Under the pieces are notes generated by a model. That model did no database searches. It had not been told where the DNA came from and saw nothing but the letters and a program-made list of their open reading frames with translations. Of a stretch of 64,000 nt of DNA, positions 61,721 to 64,000 are shown in pieces. Position 1 is the stretch's first letter. Every line of letters begins with the position of its first letter. The position numbers and the translations under genes were made by a program. The stretch comes from Takakia lepidozioides. Lineage: Eukaryota > Plantae > Bryophyta. Where the stretch lies: NCBI GenBank assembly GCA_030704615.1, contig CM060731.1, positions 6,882,001-6,946,000 on the forward strand. The letters run 5' to 3'.

Positions 61721-64000
61721 TTCTTTGCCGAGCCAGTTCTTGTGCCTCTCGTGACAACGGTGGGCACAGGGGAGGCAGCCTGCGTTTGGGGGGGTGGGCT
61801 GGTTGCAAAGTCTCCATCGGAGTCCTCTTCCTCACCCTCTTCCTGAACAGGCTGTTTCTGCTTCTTTGTTTTGGCGGGTGTCACAACAGCTGCTCCTTGC
61901 TGGCGAGTCCTCTTCTTCGACCCCTTCTGTTGGGCCTGCATTGCTGCATCCACCGTCTTTTGTGCCATCTCAGCTGCCTTTCTGGATTCTTCCAGAGCAG
62001 CAGATTCCTTTGCCGACTTTGGCCTAGCAGGGACACGTCTTTCCTTTCTCTTCTCTTCTGCCAAGGCGTGCAGATCTTTCTCAGACTCGTCAACAATACC
62101 GCCAGACATATCCAGGTACCAGGGGCATCCAACGAGATGCGCGGGATGCCATTGTTTCTGCATCTCGGGTGTGTAGACACAGCTTGGGCCCGCCACGGTC
62201 CAAGCCATGAAGAACGGGGGCTCTTGAGCCAGGGCCCCTGTCTGAAGGATCACGTATTTCATATACCTGCAAGGCAGTCAGCATGCGTGAGCGTAAGATT
62301 GGACAAACCTACTCGCAGAGTGCCACCGAAAACATAAAATGCGAATGCGGTGCCGCATTTCCGAGACAAACCTCGTAACCAGGCTTCGCATACAAGGGCA
62401 GCTGTGCTTCACCTGTAAACAATTTGCATTGCAGCTTTCCCCGCTCCCTCCTGATGTGTAAACTCCACGCTTCTTCTTGCTGTCTGTAGCTCTCTGGCGA
62501 AAAGGTTGTCCTTGTACGCACATCTGAAACGTGTCACGTAGTCTTCCAATGTCTGTGTTCCATCCCATTTGACGTACAAGCCGAACGAATTTGTGTGCAT
62601 TACAACTTGCTCCTTCGCATTCGACATTACCTGCGATTCCCAAATGCATTGTCACGTAGCAGTTCAGGGAATTCATTTCAGAAAAGCAAATCTGGGGAAG
62701 TACCTTGAATTACCTGGAACCACCAAGTCATGCGGTTGAGCCACACATCCACTGCAGGGTCGGAAACTTCGAGTGGAAAAGACCACATTGTCCTTATGCT
62801 CTCGGATGCATTCCAGATCGACAGCCACCGTGTCTGCCATTTCCGATCCAATGTCAGGAGCTGGAAGAGAGTGGCTATTGCTAGGAAGGAACTTCAGTGC
62901 ATTGAAACCTCACCTTCTCTTTCGCCTCAACACATGCCGTTGAGAGGTGATGCAGTTTCTCCAATTGCATGGTCGGCTGCATGGCCCGAAAATAGTGTTT
63001 TGCAATCTCGGGGATGAAGTCCTTTCCAAGTGCCGGATCTGCAATTGCCACCAGCTTCACAAGCTTTGACTTGTATTTGGTTCTGGACTTGACACCGGCT
63101 TCCTTCAAGTGCTCAGTCAATGACTGCAACGTTTTCACCTGCCCCTCACTTTCCATGAAGAAGCGTTTGGCATGGGCCAAATCCAGCTTGATGTTTGACT
63201 GCCAACAAAAACATGCAGAAGCGTTACATTCGATTCATGTGGAAAGATTACTGGAAATTGGGGAAGGATGAGCAGAGGGAAATTGGAGGACGACTTACTT
63301 CGTATATCACCTCCACCATTCCATCCATAGTGAGACGATACCATGTCCGGTCTGTTTTTGCAACGGCTTTCTGAATGAGCTCGGACTCCAGCATTTCCGC
63401 AAACATCTGCGGATCAGTGAGACCAGTTTTCCTCACCCTGTACAGCATATGTGCCATGTGGGTATGCACGTACGCATTCTCAGTGACCCTGCAAGGCACA
63501 CTCTCCAGTTCAGTACACGGAAGCACGGAAACAAACCAGAATGGAAACCGAAATGCGGCACCGCATTTCGAACGTGCTAGGGAGGGTATGAGTATCTTAC
63601 GAGTTGAGGTCCGCCATGGCATTCTTGAGCAGGGAGGAGTCTGCCGCCTTCACCTTTAGGATGACACACTCCACCATGTAATGCCAGCCAATGTGCTTGG
63701 CATGGTTCTGCTTGATGTACTCCCACCAGGCAAGAAGTCGGTGATTCCCGTCCCACACAAAGAACATTTTACCCGACATATGGCCGAAGTCTGGATCACC
63801 CTTCAGCGTCGCCTCGAATTCGTCGTTGCGAGTGTGCCAGTGGGTATCCCACGTTGACAATTCATCGGCAGTGGGTCCACGAGTTTTGCCGTCCTCATTC
63901 TCAATGGAAACGTAAAACGCTGCCGATCCCAGATGGTACCCTTCTCGAAATGCGAACTTGAGCTTATCCACATCTCCGGGAAGGGCCTGCCTGACGATGG
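61543..64000 (-). pseudogene. Second ParB/Srx-like spliced gene (5' end outside the window), no MTase domain seen
   Basis: GYHLGSAAFYVS...MFFVWDGNHRLLAW (~63730-63940). Later exons are collinear with the 51108-56920 gene (IADPALGKDF vs IVDPGLGSEF; KYVIL...GCPWYLD vs KYVLM...DCGWYLD) and it ends in a K/E-rich tail. Intactness is uncertain. Confidence 0.72.

Larger units (their letters stand above)
58874..64000 (+). mobile_element. CACTA element (CACTAGAAGAAAAAACGG) running off the window end
   Basis: CACTA TIR at 58874, CCACGG/CCGTGG subterminal repeats to ~59100 and a ~290-bp duplication (59101 vs 59390). Its extent to 64000 is inferred because no other terminus was seen. Confidence 0.75.

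Noticed and set aside
51108-64000. Bacterial or phage contamination explaining the ParB/MTase motifs
   Set aside because: The genes have GT-AG spliceosomal introns and are nested among plant CACTA elements contiguous with plant genes.

Overview
Eukaryotic nuclear DNA from a land plant. A seed-free plant such as a bryophyte is likely, inferred from the PLS-type PPR motifs and the transposon content. The first ~28.5 kb is a gene island. It opens with a truncated Ty3/gypsy chromovirus pol, a 117-bp tandem repeat, a MITE and a SINE, followed by four host genes: TAF4 (+, ~15 exons), a fasciclin-like arabinogalactan protein (-), S-formylglutathione hydrolase (-) and a JINGUBANG-like WD40 protein (-). 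From ~29 kb to the end is a nest of decayed DNA transposons. It includes a ULP1/SWIM Mutator-like element saturated with a CAGAC motif and several CACTA elements, two of them carrying captured PPR and OSB-motif fragments (tandemly amplified in one). The most notable part is a spliced, pseudogenised, transposon-borne gene fusing a ParB/Srx-like domain to a beta-class amino (N4C/N6A) DNA-methyltransferase-like domain. One of its introns holds eight regularly spaced 20-bp palindromes, and it is divergently paired with a GCM-like zinc-domain ORF. A second ParB-like homologue with no visible methyltransferase domain sits in a CACTA element at the window end, next to two head-to-head paralogues of an unrecognised domain. 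All calls come from reading and translating by eye; no searches were run.
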